Below the pieces are notes generated by a model, which saw nothing but the letters and a program-made list of their open reading frames with translations, did no database searches and had not been told where the DNA came from. From the NCBI GenBank assembly GCA_973851085.1, contig OZ316776.1:5952001-6016000 (forward strand): a DNA stretch of 64,000 nt, written 5' to 3'. The translations under genes and the position numbers were made by a program. Within the stretch, counting starts at the first letter, position 1. The number at the start of each line of letters is the position of its first letter. This DNA comes from Ptychomitrium polyphyllum (lineage: Eukaryota). Shown piece after piece: positions 25,201-37,804 of this stretch.

Positions 25201-28156
25201 AATCTGGGACCGTTTGAAATCAGCAAACAAATAAATCCGGTTAGTTATCGCCTAAAGCTACCACCATGCATGCAAATTCATCCAATATTCCACATATTGT
25301 TGTTGGAAACCTATAACAAATCATTTATACCAGAGAGAATTGTCGTTCCGCCTCCTCCGCTGGATATCAATAATGAAATTGAATATGAAGTGGAAGAGAT
25401 CTTAGATTCACGCATCAAGAACGGACATGTGAAGTGTTTCATACATTGGCAAGGATATGGCATCAATGACCAAATATGGAAACCTTCAACAAATGTAACA
25501 AATGCATCCAAGAAGGTATGCAAATTTCATCAAAGATATCTTCAAAAACCACGTTTGTGATGATGTGTCATCCGCAGCCGTCAGTTCACAGAGAAGATTT
25601 TCCTTCATAGACAAATATAAGAAAGGAGGAGAGATATCCAAACCTCCAATTGTATGCAGCATTATTTCCAAGATAGATCATTTCTACATCCTAGCGAGTA
25701 TGTCAAATCTTTGTGTTATCATGGATGTGCGTAAAGAGTAGTCGGCCATGCCTTCATCAACAACAACATCTGTTGAGCCAACTCAACTTTCTCAGCCCTC
25801 GGTAACGGAAGATCTAAGTCAAGATATGGAAGGGACATCCCAACGTTAAGTACGACCTCGTGCAGAAGTATTGACTAGTCGCCTTTCACATTCCAGTCTT
25901 GATTCAGATGCTCGCGCTCTAGTCATCTTATGAGAAATTGGAAGAGTCACTCCTGAAGACCCGAGATCTTATTTAAGGGATGTTTTGAAGGATTTAATCA
26001 AGATCAATTCTTGGGATGGAACATTTCAACAAACAGAAGTTTTGGCTGGTGGCCATCGGCGCTTCTTGCAAGGACCAATTGAACCAGTAAAAAAAGAACA
26101 ACAAGCAGAGTATGTTGCTTCACTCCTTTGACAAATTTTGGAATTTGTAGAAATGTGATAAGGAAGCCAAGAAAAGAGCTCCTCATGGAACTTGTCGCTA
26201 AATGGAGAGGTGATGTCACGGAAATAGATCATGCAAACATAGTCCTTAGAAAATTCTCAAAACCTTTTAGTATATTGTAATAGCTTCTTAGAATACTTTT
26301 AGATGTCTCCATATCTTTTTACGCTCTTAGAAAGCTTCCTAGGTAAGTTCTTCCACCTTAGGAAATTTCCTAGGAAGGTTCTATCATCTTGCGTAACTTT
26401 TTAGGAAACTTTCTAGGAAGGTTTCATCATCTTAGAAAACTTCTTAGGAAGGTTCAACCTCCTTAGGAAACTTCCTAAGAATGTTCCACTACCTTAAAAA
26501 ACTTCCAAGGAACGTTCCAACTGCTTAGAAGACTTTTAGGAAGGTTCCAACATCTTAGGAAACTTCTTGGAAAGGTTCCTTAGACTTCCAGAACATTCTT
26601 AAGCCTTGTAAGAAGCTTCTTTAGAAGTATCCTAGGAGATATAAACGTCATAGTATAAATAGGAGGCAAGGCAAGGTATTCCTTAGTCTTGCCAACACAA
26701 ATTGTGGATCATCTTGAATCTTGCCTTGTTCTAGTCTTTGTATGAAGTTCTTGTTAATCATAAGCTCTTTGGAAGCTAATTCTTGAAAAATACTTCGGTT
26801 CTACTTCTTGTTTCTTGTCTCCCTAATAGCGGGGGCATTAATAAGGCCAAAAGGCATGCCATTGTATTCAAAATGACCATAATTAGATTGAAAAGCTGTC
26901 TTCCATTTGTCTCTTTCTTTGATGCGTACAAGATTGTAGGCTCCTCTAAGATCAATTTTGGTGAATATCTTTGCTTGGCTAAGTTGTGGTAGGAGCCCTG
27001 AGATTAATGGTAATGGATAGCGATTCTTTTTTGTTACTTTTTTGAAGCCTCAATAGTCCACGCACATACGTAATGATCCATCTTTCTTCTTTGCAAATAG
27101 AATGGATGCTCCAGCTGGTAATTTAGAGTGTTGAATGAAACCCTTTCCGAGGTTTTTATCAATATATTCTCTCGAGGCAGGCAACTCGATTTGTGATAAG
27201 TTATAAATAGGTCCAAAAGGTGGTTGGGCTCCTTCTTGCAACTCAATGGTACAATTGTAAGGCCGGTGCTTTGGTAACATGTCCGCATTCTTCTTATCAA
27301 AAACGTCTTTATAATCTTGATATTGATGAGGTATGTTATTATTAGTCTGTATTGTAGAGCTAGACATTGGCGTGGCATAAATGGCATAGATTGGTTCATC
27401 CTTCGCTGCTCTCATAAATGCCTTAGCTCCAATAAATGATGGTCTAAGATTTCTTGTACCTTGGCGTCTTTTCCTTGAGACCACACTCCATGAGCGCCAG
27501 TTAATGTTTGGATTATGTAATTCAAACCAAGGAAGGCCCAAAACAATGGGATTTATTCGGCATTGAATGATGTTGAAGACAATCTTAGATGCCTCGTTCC
27601 CTAAAACAACATCCAAGGATTGAGTTTATTCAATGACGTTGCCAGACGCAAGAGATCGTCCATCAATAACTTCAACAGGTGTTGGATGTTTTCTGTTCAT
27701 AAGCACCATGTGATGTTTTGTTGCAAAATCCTTGTCCATGAAACTTGCCATCATTCCAATGTCTAAGTGAGCCTCACTAATTATTTCAGCATCTAACAAC
27801 TTAATTTTGATAGGAAATGTAAAACAAGAAGTAGGGCTTGAAGGTAGTAAGTAACCTTGATTTGATGGTGGTTTCTTTGTGGTATCCACTCGCATGGTTC
27901 CTATTGTGACTAGACAGCCTCGTTTTCCAATTCCACCATTGTGCTTTGAGCCTTAAAGGCAGATCCTTTGATTTGGAATCGCGCACTTTATGTTCAGATT
28001 TGTCACAATACAAACATTTGTTTTTTCTTTGAAGCCATTTTTTTCCATTCTGGAATCAAACGTGTAAATTAGGCAGCATCAATCTGCATAGCTTTTAGTC
28101 CTTGTGGTCGGGTTTCCAATACTCTTGAAGAAGTGGTAGCCATGCTTTGATGTACT

Positions 28157-31100
28157 CTAAAATCAGCCCTTGTGATGTACACGGTCAACGTGGTAAGACC
28201 AACCCACATGTCTTGCATGGGAAGGCAAAAACAAATGGGTGTATGAGTTGGCATAAAGGCACTTGCAAGTGGCTTTGGAAAGCTACTTGCAATATACTTG
28301 AGAAGGATCTTAAAAGGTGCTTGAGACGTTACTACGTGGTAGTATAAGTAAAGGCCTTTGAGAGAAGGCAACATCTTACCCCAAGCATTGTTTGTACTAC
28401 TTTGTGTGGTTCTATGCTTGTGCAATCTTCTTCTCTACTTGTAGTGACTTCAATACGTTATGGGCCCACTCATGTGAGTTGCCAGTGTAGAGTTTTTGTT
28501 GCAAAGTTATTTGGAGGACGTCTTTTGAGAGTTTGAGGTGCACAAGGCGTGATTTGGAGCTTTGGAAGTGCACAAGGGCTGATTTTAGAGCTTTGGAGGT
28601 GCACAAAGACTCATTTGGAGTATTGGTGAGCACAAAAGATGATTTGGAGCCGTGCAAGTGCATTAAAGAATTGGAGACGGCTTGAGAAGGCACAAGGAGT
28701 TCTAAAAAGCAAAGGTGGAGCACATCAATGCATTTGGACCTTGTAAGTGTTCAATCCAAATGGATGTATTCAATTGCTCTTCAAAGGTGCTGATTTGAGT
28801 GAATGATGTGCTTAGATGCACATTGGAGTCTAGGCGGAGCTCTTTGATGTTGTTCAAGTCCATATTTGCATGTATGAGCAAGGAAGGGGCTGATTTGATT
28901 GAATGAGATGCAAAGGTGTGCATTTGAGTCTAGAAGGAGTGGATTTGAGTGTTTGAGTTGTACCTTTGATCATTTGAGCTTAGAAGAGACTCGTTTGAGA
29001 AACTTGAGTGAATACTTGTACATCAAAGCCTTGTAGGGGCTGATGTGAGTATTGTAGGTGCTTGCAAGCACGTTGGAGCCTAGAAAAGGCTCAAGTTGAG
29101 TGATTGAGGTGCCTTAGTGCACAATCAAACCTTGGAAGGGTTGATCTTGGCCATTAAAACGTTTTCATGGCCACATTTGAGAGTGAGAGTGCTAGGAGCA
29201 TTGACAAGTTCAATGGGGAAAACTTTGGCCTTTGGAAGTTCTGCATGGAGATGGTCTTGTCGTCCATGGACCTTTGGGATATCGTGGAGGAGACCGAGGA
29301 ACCCCCCGCAAGTGATGACGATTTAAAGGTGATGAAGGAGTACAATCGCCGCGAGAAGAAGGCCTTGTCCGTCATTGGATTGAGTTTGGTGAATGCCCAA
29401 CTTGCACACATCAAGAGTTGCAAAGGACCAGCGGAAGCATGGAAGGCATTGTGCAACATCCACAAAACAAAGAGCTTCTCCAACATCCTCTTTGTTCGCC
29501 GCAAGTTCTTCACCATTAAGATGCAAGAAGGTGATGACTTGATGGACCACATCAACCATGTAAGGAAGCTTGCGGATCAGCTCACATCCTTCGAGGTCCC
29601 CGTGAGAGAGGAAGATGTAGTGATGACGTTGCTTGAGAGTTTGCCGCCGTCATTTGAGAACTTAATCATTGCCTTGGAGACGTTACAATTGAAGGACCTC
29701 ACCTTGGAGTTTGTAACGGCGAGAATGATGCATGAAGCGAACAAGCGCAAGGAGAAGGGGAGCCATGGCGATGATGCGGCTTTGTATTCAAAGCAAACCA
29801 AGTGGGGCAGCTCATCTTCACGTGGAGAATCAAGGTTATGTTACAATTGTGGCAAGCCGGGCCACCTTGCACGAAATTGCACCAAACCAAAGAAGTGGGA
29901 GCGCGACAACGCAAACCAAGCAAAGAACAAGGAGAATGCCAACCATGCAAAGGAGGATGATGACTACCCCTTTGCTACTCAAGATGGTCTTCATTCCAAG
30001 TCCACGTCCAAGTGGATCATGGATTCGGGCGCCACGAAGCACATGACACGTCATAGGGTGACATTTGACACATATGAGGTAATTAGTTCACGCAACGTGC
30101 ATTTGGGTGATGATAGTGTTGTGGACACCATTGAAGTAGGTTCCATTGTTGTAGAAGTCCTTGTGAGAGGCCATTTGAAGAAGGTTACAATCAAGGACGT
30201 ATTCCACGTGCCCAAGTTGCAAGCAAACTTGCTCTCGGTGAGCAAGCTTGTGTCAAGTGGATTGAAGGTGCAATTCAATGTGCATGGGTGCACATTAAAG
30301 GCACCAAATGGCAATGTACTTGCAGTAGCCCCTTGTCAAGACAACTTGTACCAAGTCACCTTTACGAAGGTGCATGAGGCGGATGCGGCCAACATAGCAT
30401 AATCGTCAACAACGAGTGGTGCGATGGAGCTTTGGCATCGCCGACTTGGTCATTTGAATGTGAGAAGTGTGCATTTTCTTGCAAGCATGGTAAGCGGCAT
30501 GACCTCTGGTAAGGATGAATCATCTATACCGTTTTGTGAAGGATGTGTGCAAGGCAAACAACATAGAGCACCATTCCCAAAGGATGGAGGCACGCATGCT
30601 ATAAAACCTTTGGAGATTGTGCATTTGGATGTGTGTGGCCCAATGAGGACCACCTCCATTGGTGGTGCAAGGTACTTTGTGACCTTCATTGATGACTTTT
30701 TGAGGAGGGTGTGGTTGTACACGTTGAAGACGAAGGGGAAGTGCCTTGAGAAGTTTAAGGAGTTCAAAGCACTTGCGGAGATACAATCAGAGCACAAGAT
30801 CAAGGCCTTCCGGTCGGACAATGGTGAGGAGTTCATATCTAAGGCCTTTCGACGCTTCTTGAAGAACCACGGCATCGAGAGGCAACCATCGACACCTTAC
30901 ACGCCAGAGCAAAACGGAGTGGCGGAGCGTGCGAATCGCACCATTGTGGAAATGGCAAGAAGCATGATTCATGCTCAAAGCCTCATGTTCTCTTTTTGGG
31001 TAGAAGTAGTGTCCACTGCGGTATACATTCATAATCGGTGTCCTACAAGGGCGCTTGTCCTCCAATGTGGCCATTCTCGACAATCCATTGAATGTAGGCG

Positions 31101-33066
31101 AAGCAATGGGATCGGAAGATGCGAGCAAGTGGGAGGTGGCCATGCAAGAAGCATATGACTCACTCATGGCAAATGAGACGTGAAAGTTGGCTCCGCTTCC
31201 GAAGGGTCATAAGAGCGTTGGGTGCAAGTGGATCTTTTGCACGAAGAAAGACGCTTCGGGTGAAGTGGTACGCCACAAGGCACGATTGGTGGCCAAGGGA
31301 TTTTCACAAGTTGTGGGAGTTGACTTCCTTGAGACGTTTGCTCCCGTGGCCAAGTTCAACACCATTCGGTGCATCCTTGCACTTGGAACGGCGTTGGATT
31401 TGGAGATCCATCAAATAGATGTGAAAACCGCATTCTTGAATGGCGAGTTGGAGGAGGACATCTACATGAGTCAACCGCAAGGATTTGAAGAGAAGGGCTT
31501 TGAGCATCTTGTGTGCAAGCTCAAGAAGTTATTGTACGGACTCAAGCAATCACCAAGAGCATGGTACCAACGGATTGATTCTTTCTTCATCAAGGAGGGC
31601 TTCACAAGGAGCGAAGCGGATCATTCCTTGTACATCAAGCAAACGGGTGAGTACTTGTTGATAGTGCTCATCAATGTGGACGACTTGATCATCTTGGCTA
31701 GCCTTTTGACAAAGTTGGCATGGCTCATGGCCAAACTCAATGCGGAGTTTATGATGAGTGATCTTGAGGAGTTGATGTACTGCTTGGGAGTGGAATTTGA
31801 GAGGGATCGCAAGGCACGCACCATCACCATGAGCCAAAGGAAGTACATCAAGGAGGTGCTCAAGCGCTTCAACATTGAGGAATGCAAGTCCATTGGTACG
31901 CCGCTTGATGTGAATGTCAAATTGTTGAAGCTTTCGATGGAAGAGTTTGAGGCCATCGAAGGTGAGATGGAAGGCGTGCCATACAAGTCTGGTGTTGGCT
32001 CATTGATGTATGCCATGGTGGCTACACGAGCTGACTTTGCGTTTGCGGTGAGCATAGTGAGCCAATTCATGTCTAGGGTTGGTCCGGCACATTGGAGTGC
32101 GGTGAAGCGCATCATGCGGTACTTGCAAAGTACCATGGACTACAAGTTGTGCCTTGGTGGTAAGGAGCTTGCCTTAAGGGGGTATTGCGATGCGGATTGG
32201 GTCGGAGATGCAAACGAGCATTGTTCAACAACTGGATACGTGTTTTTTGTTGGAGTTTGTGCGATCTCGTGGATTTGTAGGAGCCAACCTACAATTGCGT
32301 TGTCTACAACAGAGGCGGAGTACATGGCCACTAGCCAAAGCACCAAGGAGGCCATTTGGCTTTAAAAGCTTTTGGTGGATGTGGGGTTTGTGCAAGAAGA
32401 TGCCACAACCATCATGTGCGACAACCAAGGATGCATTGCACTTGCAAAGAACCCCACACACCACTCACGCACAAAGCACATCGATGTGCAACACCACTTC
32501 ATTCGCGAGAAGTTGGAGAGCGGCGAGATAAGCTTGAAGTATTGCCCGACGGAAGACATGGTTGCTAACGTGTTGACAAAGGCACTCGTGAAGGATTGAC
32601 ATCAACGATTGGCAAAGGAAATGGGATTGCGAAAAGGTAATTACTTGCAAAGTGGGAGTGTTGGAGATTAGAGTTGCTCGTAGTATTTACGGTGGTGTAA
32701 ATAGTATTGTATTGTGGTAGATATAGAAGGAGAGAAAATGGGGAGAAAAGAGGAAGAGGTGAAAGCCACTTAAGAGGTACATATATGGTACAGCTTCAAC
32801 ATGGTAGAACCAACCCACATGTCTTGCATGGAAAGGCAAAGACAAGTAGGTGTATGAATTGGCATAAAGGAACTTGCAAGTGGCTTTGGAAAGCTACTTG
32901 CAAGATACTTGAGAAGGACCTTAAAAAGTGCTTGAGACGTTACTACGTGGTAGTATAAGTAAAGGCCTTTGAGAGAAGGCAATATTTCACTCCAAGCATT
33001 GTTTGTACAACTTTGCGTGGTTCTATGCTTGTGCAATTTTCTTCTCTACTTCTAGTGGCTTCAATA
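28157..33066 (+). mobile_element. Copia element D (related, distinct family) with 5'-truncated 5' LTR (ends 28455), 3' LTR 32659-33066 and an internal INT-linker deletion
   Basis: gag-PR 29167-30402 (CYNCGKPGHLARNC, WIMDSGAT), INT 30424-31060, RT/RH 31187-32599. PBS CGTTATGGGCCCAC and PPT AAAGTGGGAG. Confidence 0.92.
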
Positions 33067-34118
33067 GAATGAATCAAAGTTGTTAGGTATGGAAGAATTA
33101 TTTTCAAAAAGTGGTGCAAATCAAAACGATGCTTGTACAGAGAGTAATGTTTCCACCAAATCAACGCGTGAAGCGTCTTTATAAAACTATTGAGATTGAA
33201 GCAAGGTAACAAGTTGAACTTAGTTTATAAAGTCTTGAAGTTTTGAATGCATACCGTAAATCTTCTCATGAAGGCTAATTCTTGGCTCCTTGGCTATTAA
33301 CATTGAATTGCTTGTTTGAATTTGTGCATCTTTTACTAAAACATATTTAAATAATAGAGCACCAAAAATGATATGGAATAGCAACTAGAGTGCTTCTGCT
33401 CTTTGACCATTATATATGGTTAAATAAAGTTCTTCATTTTACTTGAATAAAGTCTCACTTTTAGTCCTCAATGCTTCAAGGGCATTGATAATAGAATCTA
33501 ACTTGGTTTCTTTTGAACTAGTCATATTCATCACTTCATGAAAACAAAATAGAAATTACTCATTAATCAAAAAATAAAGAAGATTCAAGAAGCAATTTGA
33601 GCCTAAAGCATAATAATCCACAACTTCTAGAAAGCTATAGTGCTTTCAAGAAAAAAAATGTTCCAATCTCTATTAAAAAAGATCAAACTCTAATATTATT
33701 GTATAGCAGTCTCAACAAACTATTACGCACAAAGTAACAACAAGGCAAGGCTTTAAGACTCCATGATATAAAATAAGGTATGTTTATGGTATATGAAAAA
33801 AAAAAAACTATAATAAAGTGGAAAGACATGGTCAGGAAGTCTAAACTAGACCACAAGAGATGCATCGTCAAGGCTAAAGATCCCTTTAGCCTCAACTCTA
33901 ATATATACTAGGACCACAAGCCTTAAAAGCTTCTTGAGAAGCTTCAAATACATTATTTTGTACTCAAGCAACCTTGAGTTGCTTCTTTAGAAACTTCCTA
34001 AGCTAGAATAACTTCTTTGGAGCTTCTTAAGCCGAGGTAATTTCCTTAGAAGATTCCTTAACCTTCCTAAACCTTTTAAGAACCTTTTTAGATGCTTTTA
34101 ATATGTATGTCTATGACA
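33067..34118 (-). mobile_element. Second-family Gypsy relic: gag N-terminus, leader and 5' LTR (~33680-34118)
   Basis: Minus-strand gag-like VETLLSVQASF.FAPLFENNS. The LTR begins TGTCATAGAC at 34118 and matches 9586-9964. Confidence 0.7.
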
Positions 34119-36218
34119 ATTTCCTTCCATTTCTTTTTTAATAATGTCATCTTCTTCTTTTTTAGTATCACCTTTTTTTAAATGCAATTCCAACATTGCC
34201 AAAAATAGGTGCATGTGTATTATTTAATACAATGATGGCCTTGAAAATTGAGCCTTTAGTCATGATGAAGAAGTCCAAGGCATCAAAATCAAAGGCAAAG
34301 TTGATTGTACACCAATTGGAATGGCCATACATTTATACTATTGTTCATGAATTTAAAAAGCACTACTCCACAGCTATGTTCTTTCTTAAATTTAGCCTTG
34401 GGCTTATCAACTTGATGAACAATTTCTTCACTCTTTCATAAACATTCATTTATTGAGCTAAGGCTTCCTTTAACTTCCTATTTTTTGTAGCCCTTAGCTC
34501 AATCATATCATTTTCTACCTTTCAAACCTTCTCTTGCTTCGTATGGAGCTTTTCAATCTTCAAGCTAATTGCCGTACTTGCTCAATTGTCCTATGCAATA
34601 ATTTACTTGTTGCTCTCTTCAATGATATCCTTCTTATCCATCATATTGATAAGTTTCATAATTGGCAAGCACTTTCAAACAATGGCAAACAAATCAACCA
34701 TTAGGCATTGAAGGCATTACATAACTACAATTGAAGCAAAGAAAAACAAGCAAGACAAGGAATCAACAGATTTTTTAAAAGCACAAATAATAGATCTCCT
34801 AAATTGTCAATGATCGACTAAAGTGCTACAAGTATGCTAAATCTATCATGTTCTTTATTTCTCTAACACCTCAAATCTCAAATGACAAGCAAAAAATAGC
34901 AAAATGTTGTACCATAGGAATAAAGGAAAAATTGTGTAAGAAGAGCAAGTGCCACTGCAAGCAACAAATGCAAAATGGAAGAACGCCTTGAGAAAAGTAA
35001 GGCTAACAATTGGATTTTGGCAAGAAACACAAAATGGACACAAAGGACAAAGTCAACAGTGGTTTCTTAGCAAATTAAAGGTGATTGTGGCCATTTATTT
35101 GTGAAGGAATGGCTACAATAGCCTAAGTTTTGAGTGCTCAACAAACAGCCTATTTGTCCAAGCACTGACTGTAATAGGCACCAACTCTAAACAAATGAGG
35201 ACCAATGAGGCAAATTACTAGTTTCTCATCTTTGATTTTAGTTTGATTTTTCATGCAAAGTAATTTTTTTTGCATTTAGGCTTTATGGTGCCAGATTTAG
35301 AAAGGTTGCCCCTCTACTTTCAAAAATTGCTTTACAGACTCAAAAATTAGGTGCATCAGAAATGACCAAACAATTATACACAGACAAGCAATAGTGGGAG
35401 CAATTGGTTGTGATACAGTAGTATATTGTGAACAGTCTCCTTTATTTTGAAGAGATAAAAGTTGCTTGAAAACAGTTCCAGGTGCACATGATATCAGCCA
35501 TGGCCACCAAACTGCCTCTCTTTCAAGAAACAAGATAGATCATTATGTGAACATACGATTTAAATCACCAACCATTTCTAGTACACTCCCATGGAGTTGA
35601 AGTGTTGCAAAACACTATTTTATCAGGTAGGCAGACATCTGAAGGTTATGTATTTGGCCATTGTCATCTGTAGTATCATCTAGCTAGTGGAGGGGTCTCT
35701 CAATTGGCACTGATGCTGAAGTCATTTTGCCCTCACTTGGGGAAATTTGACAAAATGAGGTGCATCAGCAAGACCACAGCTTATCTCTCCCAGTATAAAA
35801 TATCTCTCGCTCTTTCATATAACACTAACACTAACTTAAACACTATTTATCCTTCCCTAACTCTGCCGATTAGCAGACCAGATATCACACAATCTGAACA
35901 TAAGCTGTGCTGCACCTGCAAGGTGCAGTACTGATATTTGGTCCTTTTGGTGTTGTACTAACTTCGAGATATAAATACAGCTAGCCTGCTTCTCAAACAA
36001 GCCAGAAAATTTTTCAAAGGAAAAGAAAGAGTATAACAAAAACATATACAATTCAATCTACTTAGAGCACATCACTATAGAGCAATCCCCGGGGAAAATA
36101 GGCTTGACGCACACCAACACTTACATACCAGCCTTGACTCGAAAATTAGCATGCATGCCAGTGTAGACGTTGGGCTCCACGGAAACAGGCTCAATTTGGA
36201 ATCAAACCATCACTCAGC

Positions 36219-37540
36219 TTATGCCCAATCCCACCAGGGGAGCACGCCCTGCTCCACCATGGGTGGCATAAAGTAGCTGCAGCTGGGGTCAACTTGGAAC
36301 TGGCCATCCTCAAGCTTCACTGAAAACGATAATTCCCCTGGCCCCACAAAACTCTCCGGCGGGAATTGGTTGCCGTAGCCTACTAGATGGCTGGGATCCT
36401 CCACCAAACCAGACAAATGGTTACTGCCTGTAGTGCGTGGACTGTCTGCGTCTAGCAGCTCCGAACTGGACTCGTCATTGCTTCCGTCTGAGCTTGTTGT
36501 AATGTTGTTCTGCTCCTTCACCAGGGCCTCTTCTTTAGACTCCTTGTGCAGTACTACTTCAATAGTCGGTGCACACTTAGTTGGTTGGTTGGGTGCGGAC
36601 TCAATGATGCCACAATGTGCCTCGGAGACACATTGGGACGAGTCCACGTCAGATTGCGAGTTCTGGGAGCTGGTCTTGCCGGAGAGCCGTTGGACCTGAA
36701 ATGGACAAGAAATGAGTTAGCATAAGGCTGTGAAAACGGCGAGAGTATAGGAGAGAAGATGTTGGTGGAGATGGATCTGAAAGAGTGGTTACCTTAGCTT
36801 CGAGGGCATCTTTCTCTCGGAGGGCAGCTTCAAAATCGGCTTTGAGTTTGAGGTAGCCCAAGTTCAGCATTTCGTAGTCGCGCTCGAGCTGTTTGGTTTT
36901 CCACCGGGCGCGTCGGTTCTGGAACCAGACGGCTACTTGGCGGGGTTGCAGGCCCAGTTCCTTGGCCAGCTGCATTTTACGCTCGGGCTCCAGCTTGTTC
37001 TCCATCTCGAAATTGCGCTCCAAAGAGCGCACCTGGTCAAAGGAGAGGCGGCGTTTCTTTTCCACCGGATGGGAAACGTCGGTGTCGCCGTCGACGTCAT
37101 CTTCCGGGTCCTCAAGAGGAGTGCCGTCGAATGTGGGGTAGTAAGGGCGTTTCTGCCCGCACCCCGCAATTGCATCCTCCAGACCACCACCTGATCTTGG
37201 CACTGCAAAACCAAACATCCAAAACTCTCACACTATTAGAAAACCAACCACCAAAACAGAGTATACCGAAACTTTGAAGATTAGAAGCAATCAACCCAGA
37301 ATTGCGCTTAAAACAACCATTTTTCTTCTCGAGGGCTCAAGCACCAATTCCAAAGCTGCAAATACCACCACATCGAACGTACGAAACAAAATCCATTGCC
37401 TACCACCCACCTTGGAAGCCCACATGCGGATTGCACGAGGTCAGCATCGCCACCAGCGAGTTGGAGCTTCCCATATCATTCCGCATCAACATCACATTCT
37501 GTCCTCCAAAGCTGCTCAAGCTTGAAGTCACCATCGCCAT
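36219..37540 (-). CDS. HD-Zip class I homeodomain-leucine zipper transcription factor; exons 37411-37540, 36793-37202 and 36219-36695 (338 aa predicted)
   Basis: Homeodomain EKKRRLSFDQVRSLERNFE...KLEPERK...RQVAVWFQNRRARWKTKQLE followed by a leucine zipper. C-terminal aromatic motif LPWWDWA. GT-AG introns keep the frame. Confidence 0.95.
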
Positions 37541-37796
37541 TGTCAACCAGCTGCAAACTACCTACAATTCTAAAACTAGCAGCTTTCACACCGATGACAC
37601 CATAGCCCAGCCTTTGAATACTGATCGCCAAATGCTGATCAAAACGAGCCGTCGTTCAAGAAACATATCCTAGAGTGTACTACCCTTCCGTATGAACTAG
37701 GCTGTGCCCAGTGCCTACCCCAGCAAGAACTGAGAAGCTACTTCAACTCTGAGGCGCCCACCGGCCAACAGACTGGAGTGAGCAGATGGGGTGGAC

Positions 37797-37804
37797 ATAT
37801 ATAA
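37797..37804 (-). promoter_or_regulatory. Candidate TATA box of the HD-Zip gene
   Basis: TTATATAT on the minus strand, ~260 bp upstream of the ATG. Confidence 0.45.

Larger units (their letters stand above)
13654..26828 (+). mobile_element. Nested Gypsy chromovirus (copy N) of the same family, inverted relative to the host, itself carrying a solo LTR and a Copia
   Basis: LTRs 13654-14298 (TGTCACGG...CCCTAACA) and 26214-26828. Degenerate gag-PR-RT-RH-INT-chromodomain at about 15690-25560. The 5-bp TSD position fits but is degenerate (GTTAG vs GCGGG). Confidence 0.9.
9965..28156 (-). mobile_element. Host Gypsy chromovirus (copy H): 3' LTR 9965-10578, chromo-INT-RH-RT 10579-13653, resuming at 26829-28156 after the nested element; 5' end deleted
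   Basis: PPT (CTAAATGGAGAGGTGA on minus) abuts the LTR. RT is split in register (MPFGL.N.P at ~26830-26860 continues as AVFQH at ~13650). Chromodomain EYEVEEILDS...TWEP at 11249-11497. Confidence 0.85.

Noticed and set aside
9586..34118. The two second-family LTRs as a proven pair from one element
   Set aside because: The flanking 5-mers do not match (GTTGA vs ATTTC) and the copies are strongly diverged; same family only.
34196..35050. Coiled-coil-like minus-strand translation fragments
   Set aside because: Many stops and no recognisable domain; cannot be supported without a search.
37586..37666. 26-codon uORF upstream of the HD-Zip ATG
   Set aside because: It probably lies in a 5' UTR intron (TTTGCAG acceptor 10 nt before the ATG), and I see no conserved-peptide uORF signature.
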